Source: Candidatus Babeliales bacterium (GTDB lineage: Bacteria; Babelota; Babeliae; Babelales; JANWKD01). Taken from it: a DNA stretch of 64,000 bases. The stretch covers positions 1,056,001 through 1,120,000 of the forward strand of contig OY969622.1 in assembly GCA_963701665.1 (NCBI GenBank), given 5' to 3'. The translations under genes were made by a program, and so were the position numbers. Below, one piece after another: positions 10,050-20,100 of this stretch; position 1 is the first letter of the stretch, and each line of letters begins with the position of its first letter. The notes beneath the pieces were generated by a model that did not search any database, was not told the DNA's origin, and worked only from the letters and a program-made list of their open reading frames with translations.

Positions 10050-11360
10050 ATGTCACACCATCATAAACTTTCTTTTTGGTCAGCATTGCTCGTCAATTTA
10101 AATGTCATGTTTGGTGCTGGCATTTTTGTTAATACGCTTTCACTCGCTCAATTAGCTGGTTCGCTCGGTTTTTTGAGTTATTGTATTGTTGGCGTCATTT
10201 TATTGCCACTCATTATTTCAATGGCACGCTTGATGCAGTATTTTCCTGATGGCGGTTTTTATGCGTACGCAACAAAAACAATGCACCCGTTTTATGGATT
10301 TTTGAGCGCGTGGGCATACTTTACTGGAAAACTCGCGTCTGCAGCATTGCTTATTCATATTTTCTCAACACTCTTTCTTTCACTTTTTCCAACACTTTCG
10401 TTGAACCCTTTTGCACTTGATGTCATTATCATCATCCTGTTTACGCTGTTGAATGCATGGCACATGAAAACAGGTAAAAACATTATGTATGCGTTTATTT
10501 TTTTTAAAATTACGCCAATCCTATTTACCATAGGATGTTGTTTATATCTTTATAAATTCTGGTCAATGCCTGCAGCGAGTTTGCAATGGAGCGGCATTCC
10601 AACAACACTTCCCCTAGTACTTTTTGCATTCTCGGGATTTGAAGCATGTTGTTCATTAAGTGGTTCTTTGGAAAATGCAAAAGTAAATGGACCGCGGGTG
10701 CTCTTTTTATCCTATAGCGTGGTCGTCGTTATAACAATCATCTATCAACTGCTCTTTTATCTAACGGCCGGTGATACGCTGCAACATCAAACTAACTTTC
10801 TTGGCATCTTCCCCGCGTTGCTTTCACATCTTTTGCCGTTAGGTTCAACCTACATGCCGCTGCTTATTTCATTGCTTTCTCTTGCCGTTGCATTCGCTGC
10901 ACTCGGCGGCAGTTATGGCATTTTGTTCAGCAATCATTGGAATCTTTATGCACTCGCCAAACATAAACACACGTTTTTTTCTGGTGCACTCGCTCGTTTG
11001 AATGCACACGCTATTCCCATGGCGTGCGTTATCATTGAAGCATTTTTTTGCTTGCTTTATTTGTTCATTTCTAAGGGAGCGGTAGTTGTGTTACAACAAA
11101 TTAGTGTTTTGGGCTGTTCAGTTGCGTATGTGCTCAGTATTATCGGGTTACTGGTTTATAACCGCGCAAATAACTATCAAATCATCCACCCGTGGATTTG
11201 CAACAGCGCCATCGCAAGCTGTTTGCTATTCATCGCACTCTGTGTACGAAACTTCTATTTAAATGGCTTTGGTGCTTTTGGCGTTTTTAGTGGTATTATT
11301 ATTTTCGGTTTGTTTATGTACTTTAGCACAAAAAATATACAGAGCACCCATAAAAACTAA
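10050..11360 (+). CDS. APC-family amino acid permease
   Basis: About 12 TM segments; GAGIF, GGFYAY, FAFSGFE motifs. Confidence 0.88.
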   Translation: MSHHHKLSFWSALLVNLNVMFGAGIFVNTLSLAQLAGSLGFLSYCIVGVILLPLIISMARLMQYFPDGGFYAYATKTMHPFYGFLSAWAYFTGKLASAALLIHIFSTLFLSLFPTLSLNPFALDVIIIILFTLLNAWHMKTGKNIMYAFIFFKITPILFTIGCCLYLYKFWSMPAASLQWSGIPTTLPLVLFAFSGFEACCSLSGSLENAKVNGPRVLFLSYSVVVVITIIYQLLFYLTAGDTLQHQTNFLGIFPALLSHLLPLGSTYMPLLISLLSLAVAFAALGGSYGILFSNHWNLYALAKHKHTFFSGALARLNAHAIPMACVIIEAFFCLLYLFISKGAVVVLQQISVLGCSVAYVLSIIGLLVYNRANNYQIIHPWICNSAIASCLLFIALCVRNFYLNGFGAFGVFSGIIIFGLFMYFSTKNIQSTHKN

Positions 11361-11397
11361 TCATGCTCCGCCACCTTATGCAATGGCCAGAGCATGA
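11361..11397. terminator. Hairpin between convergent genes
   Basis: TCATGCTC...GAGCATGA inverted repeat right after the permease stop. Confidence 0.45.
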
Positions 11398-11427
11398 AAT
11401 CAATCTATTTTCGGATGTACTCTGATT

Positions 11428-11958
11428 TTATTGAATATTAAATTCATCCTTTAATTCTGCTAATACAGCTTTGCGTTTTTCTTTCCATTGTGCTTCAGGA
11501 ATGATTATTGCTCTTGGCACATCCCCGAAAGAATCAAAGCTATAACCTTCTATATACCATAATGTATGTTGCATAGCATCTTTTTCTACTTTTTCTTCAG
11601 CCCAAGCACGTTGTTCTTGAAAGATTCGCTTAAGTTCTTCGCTCGACAAACGCCGTATTATTGTTTGAGAAAAAGGTTGTTCTTCGGTGTAACGTTTAAA
11701 ACACCCTCTTGTCCCAGAATCGTAACAACAAGCAGCATCTAGTTGTCCAACAATATAATAACGTGCGTATAAAACTGCGGCAGTATGTAAATCCTTTTCA
11801 TCAATTCTATAGGCATAAGGATCTGTTGAGCCCTTAAGAGCAATTTTCTTAATTTCATCTACCATTTGTTTTGGATCGGTTAATTGTTCTAAGTCCATTG
11901 AATAGGTGCTAGTACATAGCACCAGAGAAAAAACAGTAAATAAATTTTTCAGTTTCAT
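11428..11958 (-). CDS. Secreted hypothetical protein
   Basis: AAGGAG RBS; signal peptide TYS|MD. Confidence 0.75.
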   Translation of the reverse strand: MKLKNLFTVFSLVLCTSTYSMDLEQLTDPKQMVDEIKKIALKGSTDPYAYRIDEKDLHTAAVLYARYYIVGQLDAACCYDSGTRGCFKRYTEEQPFSQTIIRRLSSEELKRIFQEQRAWAEEKVEKDAMQHTLWYIEGYSFDSFGDVPRAIIIPEAQWKEKRKAVLAELKDEFNIQ

Positions 11959-12168
11959 ATCGACTCTCCTTTAGTAAATAGTGGTCTTGAAAATTCACCA
12001 AAATCATATCTTTAAAAAACGGAATGTCAAACCGATAAATCGTTACTTTTTGCCCCTTGTATTGCCCAATAGAAGCCATGCCCAAATAATATCTAATAGG
12101 ATTTTCAAATCATTTTTTTTATGCTATACTGCCCATAGAATATTCTTTAAAAATGGGGGTTTTTACCT

Positions 12169-12681
12169 ATGGACTTCAAGAATTGTTACGCATTGTCAAT
12201 TTTTATATGCTTGTTTTTAACAAGCATTCCTTTATATGCTGATCTGGTGCCAAAAAGAATATTGGAACCAGAAACCCTGACAACTCTCGTTCCGGAAAGA
12301 ATATTAGAACCAGAAGTAAAATCTACTAGAAGGACAGAGAAGAAAGCAGAGAAGGAAACGGCCCTTACCATGCTTGGTAAAAGCTTCGGTGGCTATGGCC
12401 TTGGCCTGGCTACTTCTGGCTTAATTCTCGCTGCATTCTGCAACGTCTCAAAAACCTCTCATGACTCAACGTCATATATAGCCCTCGGTCTTCTTTCAAG
12501 CTTTGCCGGCGGTAGCCTCGCCAATTTCTGTGTACACCGTTATCCTAAACAAACAGCCTGGACCGTCGGAGGATTGCTTTCAAGCACACTCATTGGAGCT
12601 CCAATCTGCTATAAAATCCTCGACCTTCTTCCCATTACTGACCAAGCAAGACTCTTTGCCAATTATTATCCACAACGATAA
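12169..12681 (+). CDS. Exported or membrane hypothetical protein with an internal tandem duplication
   Basis: Signal peptide LYA|D; LVPKRILEPE / LVPERILEPE repeat; Gly-rich hydrophobic helices. Confidence 0.7.
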   Translation: MDFKNCYALSIFICLFLTSIPLYADLVPKRILEPETLTTLVPERILEPEVKSTRRTEKKAEKETALTMLGKSFGGYGLGLATSGLILAAFCNVSKTSHDSTSYIALGLLSSFAGGSLANFCVHRYPKQTAWTVGGLLSSTLIGAPICYKILDLLPITDQARLFANYYPQR

Positions 12682-12740
12682 TATTGCACCCCACAAAAGC
12701 ACTGTGATAAGCTGACAGTATATTTATTAAAGGGGGAACT

Positions 12741-13205
12741 ATGAAAAAAATAATTGTATTGCTAGTAACATGTAGCTGGAGCTTTAATGCATTGAGTGCT
12801 ACGAGTGGGGTTGCACTGCGCTGGACTCAAGGAAAAATCACCAACAACACCAAAAAAAATATCGAAGTTAAGGTTAAATACACACTCAACTGTAACAACG
12901 TTACGCCAGCACCTGAAAAAACCAAATGCACGAGTTCAGGGAATGTTTTAATCCTAAGAGTGAGTGCTGGTCAAACAATAGCCATGTCAGATATTAATGC
13001 CGTTAAAAGCATATCTCCACAAACTGTATCAACAGAGCATGGCCTTAAAAACACGCTTCATGTAAAGTTCCCAGCTGAACAACAGGGTACCCTAACCTAT
13101 GCACCGCTTAGTTATGATGTACCGTATTCAGATCTTGATAAGACGCCAAAAAATTTTACTATCAGTTTAGCTCCTGGCAACGTCATGAAGATACAACCAC
13201 GATAA
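12741..13205 (+). CDS. Small secreted beta-rich protein
   Basis: GGGGG RBS; signal peptide; ITNNT...V motif; apparent paralog of the next gene. Confidence 0.75.
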   Translation: MKKIIVLLVTCSWSFNALSATSGVALRWTQGKITNNTKKNIEVKVKYTLNCNNVTPAPEKTKCTSSGNVLILRVSAGQTIAMSDINAVKSISPQTVSTEHGLKNTLHVKFPAEQQGTLTYAPLSYDVPYSDLDKTPKNFTISLAPGNVMKIQPR

Positions 13206-13218
13206 CAAGGGAAATACT

Positions 13219-13602
13219 ATGAAAAAAACAGTATTAAGCCTACTTGTGTTATTTAGTAGTGTTACTCTATATGCTAAAGAAGGCTATTCTAATCGCATTA
13301 CTAATAAAACTGGCTACCCATTAAAAGTTTCAGTCTTGTGCACCCATGTATGTGATAAAAATGATAAAACCTGTAAAGCTGCAGATGGGTATATGGTTAT
13401 CATACCGCCACACAAAACAATGTCAGTAAAAAAAGACAATATGGCGTATGAGATTGAAAACCCTAAACATGAAAATGCTCTTAAATTGGAAATACCTTCT
13501 GATCATGGCCAGATGAAAATTCCACCTAAACGAATAACTAATCCTACAAAAAAGAAATTTACCGTTACGATTGATAGCAGAAATATGCTTGCGGTCAAAT
13601 AA
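13219..13602 (+). CDS. Small secreted beta-rich protein
   Basis: AAGGG RBS; signal peptide LYA|K; ITNKT...V motif. Confidence 0.75.
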   Translation: MKKTVLSLLVLFSSVTLYAKEGYSNRITNKTGYPLKVSVLCTHVCDKNDKTCKAADGYMVIIPPHKTMSVKKDNMAYEIENPKHENALKLEIPSDHGQMKIPPKRITNPTKKKFTVTIDSRNMLAVK

Positions 13603-13621
13603 AAAATTGCTATGAAAAACT

Positions 13622-14683
13622 TTAACGCATTTTTAATGTCATTAATGCCAGTAAGCAAAGAATAAGAGAAATAATAGCAAATCGGACGGTAATTTTTGAT
13701 TCTTGCCAACCGAGTAATTCAAAATGATGATGAATGGGCGCCATTTTGAAAATACGCCTTTTTAGCAGTTTAAATGAGAATACTTGTATAATGACTGATA
13801 ATGCTTCAATAACAAATAAACCACCAGAAACTATTAAGAGTAATTCTTGCTTTGCCATCACTGCCATAAGCGCCAATCCTGCTCCAAGTCCTAATGAACC
13901 TACATCTCCCATGAAAATTTGCGCAGGATAGGTGTTATACCACAAAAAGCCTAGGCACGCGCCTACCAACGTCGTGCCAATAATCGTTATTTCTGACGTA
14001 CCCGCATACAGAATATGCAAATAGGTAGCCAACATGTAATGGCCTGCTACATAACACATGATGCTATAAAGAGCAAAGTTTGGAATCAGGGAACTAATGG
14101 CAAGCCCATCAAGCCCGTCAGTGAGGTTCACCGCATTGCTACATCCTATTAACACCAGCATAACCCATGGAATAAAGAGTACCCCTAAATACGGATTAAA
14201 GTTCTTAAAAAAAGGAAAACTGAGCCTCAAATCCGCGCCATGCAAAACCAATAAGAGAGCAATAATACCTGCTACAAGAAGCTGTAAATAAAGCTTATGT
14301 GATGCGCTTAACCCCTTTTTTTTATGAATTTTATACAGATCATCGCACAAACCAATACCCCCAAAACCAAGCAAGCATGCAAGCATAATAAACACTTCGT
14401 GATGTAGCAAATTGCACCAGAGCAAGGAATTAACCACGACAACGGTTAAAATAAAAATACCCCCCATGGTAGGCATATTATTCTTTAATTTGTGATGTTC
14501 AGGGGTATATTCACGAGCGGCTGAGCGAAAAAAAAGTTTAGATTTCTCTATGAAATAATTACCAAAAATAAATGAGGTTAATAATGAAGTGAGAAGTGCT
14601 GCCATAGCACGGAAACTCACATAGTGAATGACGTTTAACCAAGAAATATTCTGTTTGAAATAAAGCGCTAAATGATATAGCAT
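13622..14683 (-). CDS. mraY: Phospho-N-acetylmuramoyl-pentapeptide transferase
   Basis: PTMGG, SNAVNLTDGLDGL, IFMGDVGS, MAPIHHHFE motifs. Confidence 0.96.
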   Translation of the reverse strand: MLYHLALYFKQNISWLNVIHYVSFRAMAALLTSLLTSFIFGNYFIEKSKLFFRSAAREYTPEHHKLKNNMPTMGGIFILTVVVVNSLLWCNLLHHEVFIMLACLLGFGGIGLCDDLYKIHKKKGLSASHKLYLQLLVAGIIALLLVLHGADLRLSFPFFKNFNPYLGVLFIPWVMLVLIGCSNAVNLTDGLDGLAISSLIPNFALYSIMCYVAGHYMLATYLHILYAGTSEITIIGTTLVGACLGFLWYNTYPAQIFMGDVGSLGLGAGLALMAVMAKQELLLIVSGGLFVIEALSVIIQVFSFKLLKRRIFKMAPIHHHFELLGWQESKITVRFAIISLILCLLALMTLKMR

Positions 14684-14882
14684 GAAATACCTTCTTTGCA
14701 AGAAAATATCGTGAATGTGTGAAATAAATCGTCTAGTTTTTAGTCAAAAAAATCGTGAAAAACACCCGTTTTAACCTGAAAACTACCCCCTTTTGACAAT
14801 ATCAGTCAGCAGTTTAAACTAAAGATAGAGAAAAAAATAGTATAAAATTTGAAATATCCAATCTCTTAGAAAGGAAATCATC

Positions 14883-15296
14883 GTGAAATCAATTAATACT
14901 AAACTATTCTATGCAACTCTGATAAGCACCCTCATGCTTCTGAGTACAACAACGTACGCTGTTGATTCAATAGCAAGCCAAAAGCCAGAAGAAGAAATCG
15001 TTGCAGAATTCGTTGCCTGCATCAAGGATTTTAACGATAAGCGTACCTATGTACAATTTATCGATTCGGTCCTTGCAAAAGTAAAACTCCATAAAGAGTA
15101 TCTTACTGAATATTTCAAGACGAACTATCCAAAACTCAGTTTTGAAGGCTTTGTAGCAGCATTAGAAGCTGCTCGTAAAGCAACCAATCCTGCTTCCGCT
15201 GGTACTGCCTTATATAACTACAATCAACTATTACCAAAAGAAGCAACACTCGGTGTACTCTTAACTGGTATCACTCGTCGGATGAGAGTCTCGTAA
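14883..15296 (+). CDS. Secreted hypothetical protein
   Basis: AAGGA RBS, GTG start, signal peptide TYA|V. Confidence 0.75.
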   Translation: MKSINTKLFYATLISTLMLLSTTTYAVDSIASQKPEEEIVAEFVACIKDFNDKRTYVQFIDSVLAKVKLHKEYLTEYFKTNYPKLSFEGFVAALEAARKATNPASAGTALYNYNQLLPKEATLGVLLTGITRRMRVS

Positions 15297-15419
15297 TAAT
15301 ATACGCTATCAATTTTAAAAACTTCCCAAACGATATAGGGGAAATGGAGAAATTTGCAAATAGTTACTGGGTAACTGTTTGCAAATATGTTGCTATATAG
15401 CTTAGCTTTGGCTACAATT

Positions 15420-15456
15420 GTCCCTAGGATCATTAGTTTTCCTAGGGACTTTTTTT
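15420..15456 (+). terminator. Intrinsic-terminator-like hairpin just upstream of mnmG
   Basis: Perfect 10-bp stem GTCCCTAGGA/TCCTAGGGAC followed by a T run. Confidence 0.6.
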
Positions 15457-15471
15457 ACACTTACCACATTT

Positions 15472-17286
15472 ATGAACAAAAACACTTCACATGATTTTGA
15501 CGTTATTGTTGTTGGTGGCGGCCACGCCGGCATTGAAGCAGCATATGCAGCCGCACGTTTAGGCTCAAGAACGTTATTACTTACGCTTAATTTAGATAAA
15601 ATTGGTTATATGGCCTGCAATCCCGCAATTGGCGGTGTTGGCAAAGGCCATATTGTTTTTGAGATTAGTGCTTTGGGTGGCCTCATGCCACAAATGTGCA
15701 CACAAACATATCTTCAAGCACGCATGCTTAATACAAAAAAAGGGCCTGCTGTGCAGGGGCTCCGCTTACAAATTGATAAGCATGCCTATAATAAATTAAG
15801 CAAAGAAATTCTAGAAAAAACAGAAAACCTCACGCTTTTGAGCAGCATGGTCGAGCGTTTGCTCCTTACCAAAGATGGAAACGTGTGCGGTGTTGTTACA
15901 CGCGAGGGAATGTCCTATTCTGCGCCGAGCGTTATTTTAACCACCGGCACTTTTTTGAATGGTCTCATTCATATTGGCAAACATAATTATTCAGCGGGCC
16001 GTCAAGGCGATGAAGCCGTGCCACATCTTTCAGAATTTCTCGCATCCTTAGGATTAACCGTAGGTCGTCTAAAAACTGGTACACCACCCCGCTTATTACG
16101 CTCAAGCATTGATTTTTCAAAATTAGAATTTCAACAACCTGATAACCTTACCCATCTTTTTGAATTTTATCCGCACGAAGTAAAAAATTCTCGTAATTGT
16201 TATATTGCTTACACCAATGAAACAACCCATGAAATAATTCGCTCGAATCTTCATCTTTCAGCAATGTATAGCGGTAACATTAAAGGAATCGGCCCTCGTT
16301 ATTGCCCTTCGGTGGAAGATAAGATCGCTCGTTTTCCTGAAAAAACCTCGCATCACGTATTTGTTGAACCAGAAAGCGCGTCGAGTGAAGAAATATACCC
16401 GAACGGTATTTCAACATCACTGCCACTCGATGTACAACTTAAAATGGTGCGCTCAATTGTTGGGTTTGAAGAAGCAATCATTGTGCGACCCGGGTATGCC
16501 GTTGAATATGATTTTGTGCTTCCCCATCAATTACTTCATACGCTTGAAACAAAGAAAGTTCCTGGATTATTTTTAGCAGGACAAATTAACGGAACGACAG
16601 GCTACGAAGAAGCTGCGGGTCAAGGCATCATGGCCGGTATCAATGCACATTTGAAAGCGCATAACAAAGAACCCTTTATTCTTGACCGCACACAAGGGTA
16701 TATTGGAGTTATGATTGATGATTTAGTCACACTCGGTGTTGATGAGCCCTACAGAATGTTTACCTCACGCGCTGAACGACGCCTTGTCTTGCGACAAGAT
16801 AATGTCTTTCTGCGACTTGCTGATATGAGTTATAACTTAGGCTTAATCAATCAAGAGCTTTATAATTCAATCAAACAAGAAAAGGATCTTGTTCATGACA
16901 CTATTTCTAATCTGCGCGCAGGTAAAAATAGTTGTAAGATTCTTGAATTGTTGGGGAATCAAGAAGAGAACAAGCAAAAGTTAGTGGAATACACGGGGGG
17001 TACCTTGTCTGAACGCACCTTACAAACAGTCTGGGCAGATATTCGCTACGAACCTTATTTAAAGCGCGAAGAAAAAGAAATTGAGAAAACCAAACAGTAT
17101 CAAACAATGATACTGCCTTCAGAAAATTTTTATGGTGATATGCCTGGACTTTCAACTGAACTAAAGCAAAAGTTGCAAAAACATAAGCCAGCGACAATTG
17201 CTCAAGCAATGTTAATACCCGGCATGACACCAGCAGCTATTTCGTTGTTAATTTTTAAAACTAAAGAAAGTTTAAAAAATAAATAA
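15472..17286 (+). CDS. mnmG: tRNA uridine-5-carboxymethylaminomethyl(34) synthesis enzyme
   Basis: [48 protein letters not shown] motifs. Confidence 0.97.
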   Translation: MNKNTSHDFDVIVVGGGHAGIEAAYAAARLGSRTLLLTLNLDKIGYMACNPAIGGVGKGHIVFEISALGGLMPQMCTQTYLQARMLNTKKGPAVQGLRLQIDKHAYNKLSKEILEKTENLTLLSSMVERLLLTKDGNVCGVVTREGMSYSAPSVILTTGTFLNGLIHIGKHNYSAGRQGDEAVPHLSEFLASLGLTVGRLKTGTPPRLLRSSIDFSKLEFQQPDNLTHLFEFYPHEVKNSRNCYIAYTNETTHEIIRSNLHLSAMYSGNIKGIGPRYCPSVEDKIARFPEKTSHHVFVEPESASSEEIYPNGISTSLPLDVQLKMVRSIVGFEEAIIVRPGYAVEYDFVLPHQLLHTLETKKVPGLFLAGQINGTTGYEEAAGQGIMAGINAHLKAHNKEPFILDRTQGYIGVMIDDLVTLGVDEPYRMFTSRAERRLVLRQDNVFLRLADMSYNLGLINQELYNSIKQEKDLVHDTISNLRAGKNSCKILELLGNQEENKQKLVEYTGGTLSERTLQTVWADIRYEPYLKREEKEIEKTKQYQTMILPSENFYGDMPGLSTELKQKLQKHKPATIAQAMLIPGMTPAAISLLIFKTKESLKNK

Positions 17287-17295
17287 TAAAAGCTC

Positions 17296-18159
17296 ATGAA
17301 AAATAGTTTTTTTATAAATAGTATTGTTGTAATTGGCACAACATTGATACTTTTGCCACTGAGTGGCATGCAAGAGAAAACTGGTCCATCTGAATACACA
17401 CGATTCAGCACTCTCAAAAGAAAATGTCTCAATATCGTTATAAAGCAAACGCTTACAAAAGATACTCCTTTATCTCCAGACATTATTGAAGGCCTTCAGG
17501 CATTTAAAAAATTACATTCACCGCAAGATAATTATTTAATCAAAGCAATTAAAAACTTATTCTCCTCTCCTATTGGCTCTTTAAGCAATGATATTAGATC
17601 CGCATTTCAATTGTATGCACCGCCTACTCTGAAAGAAAAAGTAGAACGTATTAATAAAAAAAAAATAAAAAGATTTGATGAGCTCACCGCGCAGGACACC
17701 AATGAACCAAATGAAGTTGTTCCAAAAGCGCTCAATATCTTTGATAGCCTCGCGTGGATTCTTAACAATCATTGCCATAATGATCTCGACACGGGACTTA
17801 TTCAGCTAAGTCGCTATAGAGAGTGTAGCAAGAGAAAAGTTCTTTGCGGTATGTTGCTTTCACTTGGAGCAAATGTAAATTACTATGGTACTGCTAATCC
17901 CAACATTCGTGAAACGACACCACTTGTTACAGCAGTCATTCACAAAAAGCATAAACTTATAGAAATGTTTTTAAAGAATGACGCTAATCCAAACCAACGA
18001 GAAAAATATGGCGATACTCCTTATACCCTCGTAAAGGGATGGGAATATCCTGATTTAAAACTTTTAATGTTACTTGAACACTATGGCGCGGTTGATACAC
18101 CGCCCTGTAAAAATAATCATGCACCTTCGGAGAAATGTTCTCTGTGTATTTTGCAATAG
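17296..18159 (+). CDS. Secreted ankyrin-repeat protein with BC-box-like motif and C-terminal CaaX
   Basis: Signal peptide LSG|MQ; GANVN, TPLVTAV, DANPN, GDTP ankyrin motifs; ends CILQ. Confidence 0.8.
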   Translation: MKNSFFINSIVVIGTTLILLPLSGMQEKTGPSEYTRFSTLKRKCLNIVIKQTLTKDTPLSPDIIEGLQAFKKLHSPQDNYLIKAIKNLFSSPIGSLSNDIRSAFQLYAPPTLKEKVERINKKKIKRFDELTAQDTNEPNEVVPKALNIFDSLAWILNNHCHNDLDTGLIQLSRYRECSKRKVLCGMLLSLGANVNYYGTANPNIRETTPLVTAVIHKKHKLIEMFLKNDANPNQREKYGDTPYTLVKGWEYPDLKLLMLLEHYGAVDTPPCKNNHAPSEKCSLCILQ

Positions 18160-18225
18160 CATGACTTGGCGATACAAGATCATATTTTTTAATCTTTTAA
18201 AAAGTTTTATCACAAAAGGATTCAC

Positions 18226-18990
18226 ATGAAAAAAATAATAAGCCTATGCATATTCTTATGTGGCATAACAGCATTCGCAGTAGAAAATGAACTTCACACC
18301 TTATCTCAATCATTAGACGCTCTTGCTCAAAAGCTCTCAGGACAAGACATACCTAAGAAACGAGCTGAGGCAGTAAATTATGATACTTTTAAAGTCAATA
18401 CTATTACTATTCATTTGCTACAAGGTGATATTACAAAATTACAAAGTGAAAATGGCATTACCGTTGACGCAATCGTCAATGCTGCTAATAAGGAGTTGGG
18501 ACGCGGAAGTGGCGTCTGCGGTTCTATTTTTAAAGCTGCTGACATCAAGAGACAAGATTTTTTAACGCGTGAAATTGGAAACAGATATCCGCATGGTGTT
18601 GAACCTGGTGATGCAGTAATTACTGAAAGCTATGGCTTAAAATCTGAAGGCATCCAAAATATTATTCATGCTGTTGGGCCAATTTATAAAGATTATAAGA
18701 ATAAAAAGGAAGCCGCAACAGTATTAAGCAATGCCTATTCTACCAGTATGGATATTGCGGAAATAAATAATCTTACCTCAATTGCCTTTCCTTTTATTAG
18801 CAGCGCAATTTATGGCTATCCAAAACCTGAAGCAGCTAGAGTTGCCCTAGATACAATTATTGAGTACGCTCAAAATAATAAACGATCGCCAGTACACGAT
18901 GTATATTTTGTACTTTTCAGCACTGAAGATTTAAATATTTTTAAAACTGAGCTGAGCAAGATTATTAAAGCTAAGTTCCAGCTTAAATAA
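18226..18990 (+). CDS. Secreted macrodomain (ADP-ribose binding/hydrolase) protein
   Basis: Signal peptide AFA|V; GDIT, DAIVNAAN, GSGVCGSI, IIHAVGP, IAFPFISSAIYGYP. Confidence 0.9.
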   Translation: MKKIISLCIFLCGITAFAVENELHTLSQSLDALAQKLSGQDIPKKRAEAVNYDTFKVNTITIHLLQGDITKLQSENGITVDAIVNAANKELGRGSGVCGSIFKAADIKRQDFLTREIGNRYPHGVEPGDAVITESYGLKSEGIQNIIHAVGPIYKDYKNKKEAATVLSNAYSTSMDIAEINNLTSIAFPFISSAIYGYPKPEAARVALDTIIEYAQNNKRSPVHDVYFVLFSTEDLNIFKTELSKIIKAKFQLK

Positions 18991-19058
18991 ATAAATTCTT
19001 TTGATATCAGACCATTGTTTTTGGTAAGCTTCATAAAAACCTAATGTGTGAGGATTTT

Positions 19059-19727
19059 ATGAATATCAATAATAAAATTAAAATTTTTACTGTATTGCTA
19101 TTGTATTTGAGCGCTTTTTCACTACATTGCAAAAAAGCTAAAGAACTTATTGAAGTTGCAGAAAAAAAAGAAAAAAGTAATAACTCGCACGAAAACATCG
19201 TAGTAGTGCAATCAAATGCACAAGAAAAATCAACACCGGCAAAACCTTCCGCATGTATCAAAATCCCCGTTGTCGTTGCTCAGAATGATCCCGAGAAAAC
19301 ATCAGAGAAGTCTGATCCCTCCATTAAGGTAACGCATCTTGATGCAAAAAAAGAAGAAAAAAAATCTCCACGAACGATCGACGTTTGTAATGGCATTACC
19401 AAAAATATGATTACCTACCATTATCTTGGTGAACGAGTGCCGACTCAATTTTCAGTCAGTTTTAATAATCATCCGGTGATCAAACTGCAAGATGAAAAAA
19501 TTTGTACCCTCGATACATCGAGCATCGCCATGAATCAAGATGATACCTTACAAGTAACCTTCAGCTATCAGTTTGATGTTAAAGGGATTGTCTACCACAA
19601 GGGCACTAAAGAAATTACCTACAAAGTACCTACGAATCTTAAAGAGATTACTCCTACCTTTGATTGGAAGAAACCTGAAAAAGTGATAATTGCTCAGGCT
19701 GAATTAGTTACTTTTCGAGATATCTAA
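19059..19727 (+). CDS. Exported hypothetical protein (possible lipoprotein)
   Basis: GAGGA RBS; hydrophobic N-terminus ending SLHC; low-complexity linker then a beta-rich domain. Confidence 0.65.
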   Translation: MNINNKIKIFTVLLLYLSAFSLHCKKAKELIEVAEKKEKSNNSHENIVVVQSNAQEKSTPAKPSACIKIPVVVAQNDPEKTSEKSDPSIKVTHLDAKKEEKKSPRTIDVCNGITKNMITYHYLGERVPTQFSVSFNNHPVIKLQDEKICTLDTSSIAMNQDDTLQVTFSYQFDVKGIVYHKGTKEITYKVPTNLKEITPTFDWKKPEKVIIAQAELVTFRDI

Positions 19728-19832
19728 AGATTGTTCAATTGCTTCTTGAAAAAAATCTTATATTCTTAGAATGAGAATGTCAGTGAACCAAAATTTCTCC
19801 CAAAGGGGAAAATAAACATTGAAAACAGAATT

Positions 19833-20030
19833 GTCATTGCGAGCCCTTGTTAAAGGGCGTGGCAACCCAGCTTATAGAATTAACTCCTTAAAGGAATTAA
19901 TTAAAGTTCTGGATCCCCACGTTCCGCCTTCGCTTATCCATGTCTTCCGACTTGGCAAGCTACGTCGAACAGGCGCTTCGTTGCGGATCCTGCGAAGCCT
20001 TGGCGAAGAAGGACCGCTCCTCGGGAAGAC
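19833..20030 (+). repeat. Palindromic intergenic repeat, copy 4 (core plus inserted modules in right arm)
   Basis: GTCATTGCGAG...GGATCCCCACG-[TCCGCCTTCG...GAACAGG][ATCCTGCGAAGCCTTGGCGAAGAAGG]-CTCGGGAAGAC. Confidence 0.93.
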
Positions 20031-20100
20031 ACGGGGTTTGGTGTAAGCCTATTAAGGTCGAGGTCATATATATGCCAATTTTCATTTTTGAGAAAAAATT

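Noticed and set aside
19819..20046. 75-aa ORF
   Set aside because: It lies almost wholly within repeat copy 4, and the equivalent frame in copy 1 hits a stop. Treated as a repeat-derived ORF.
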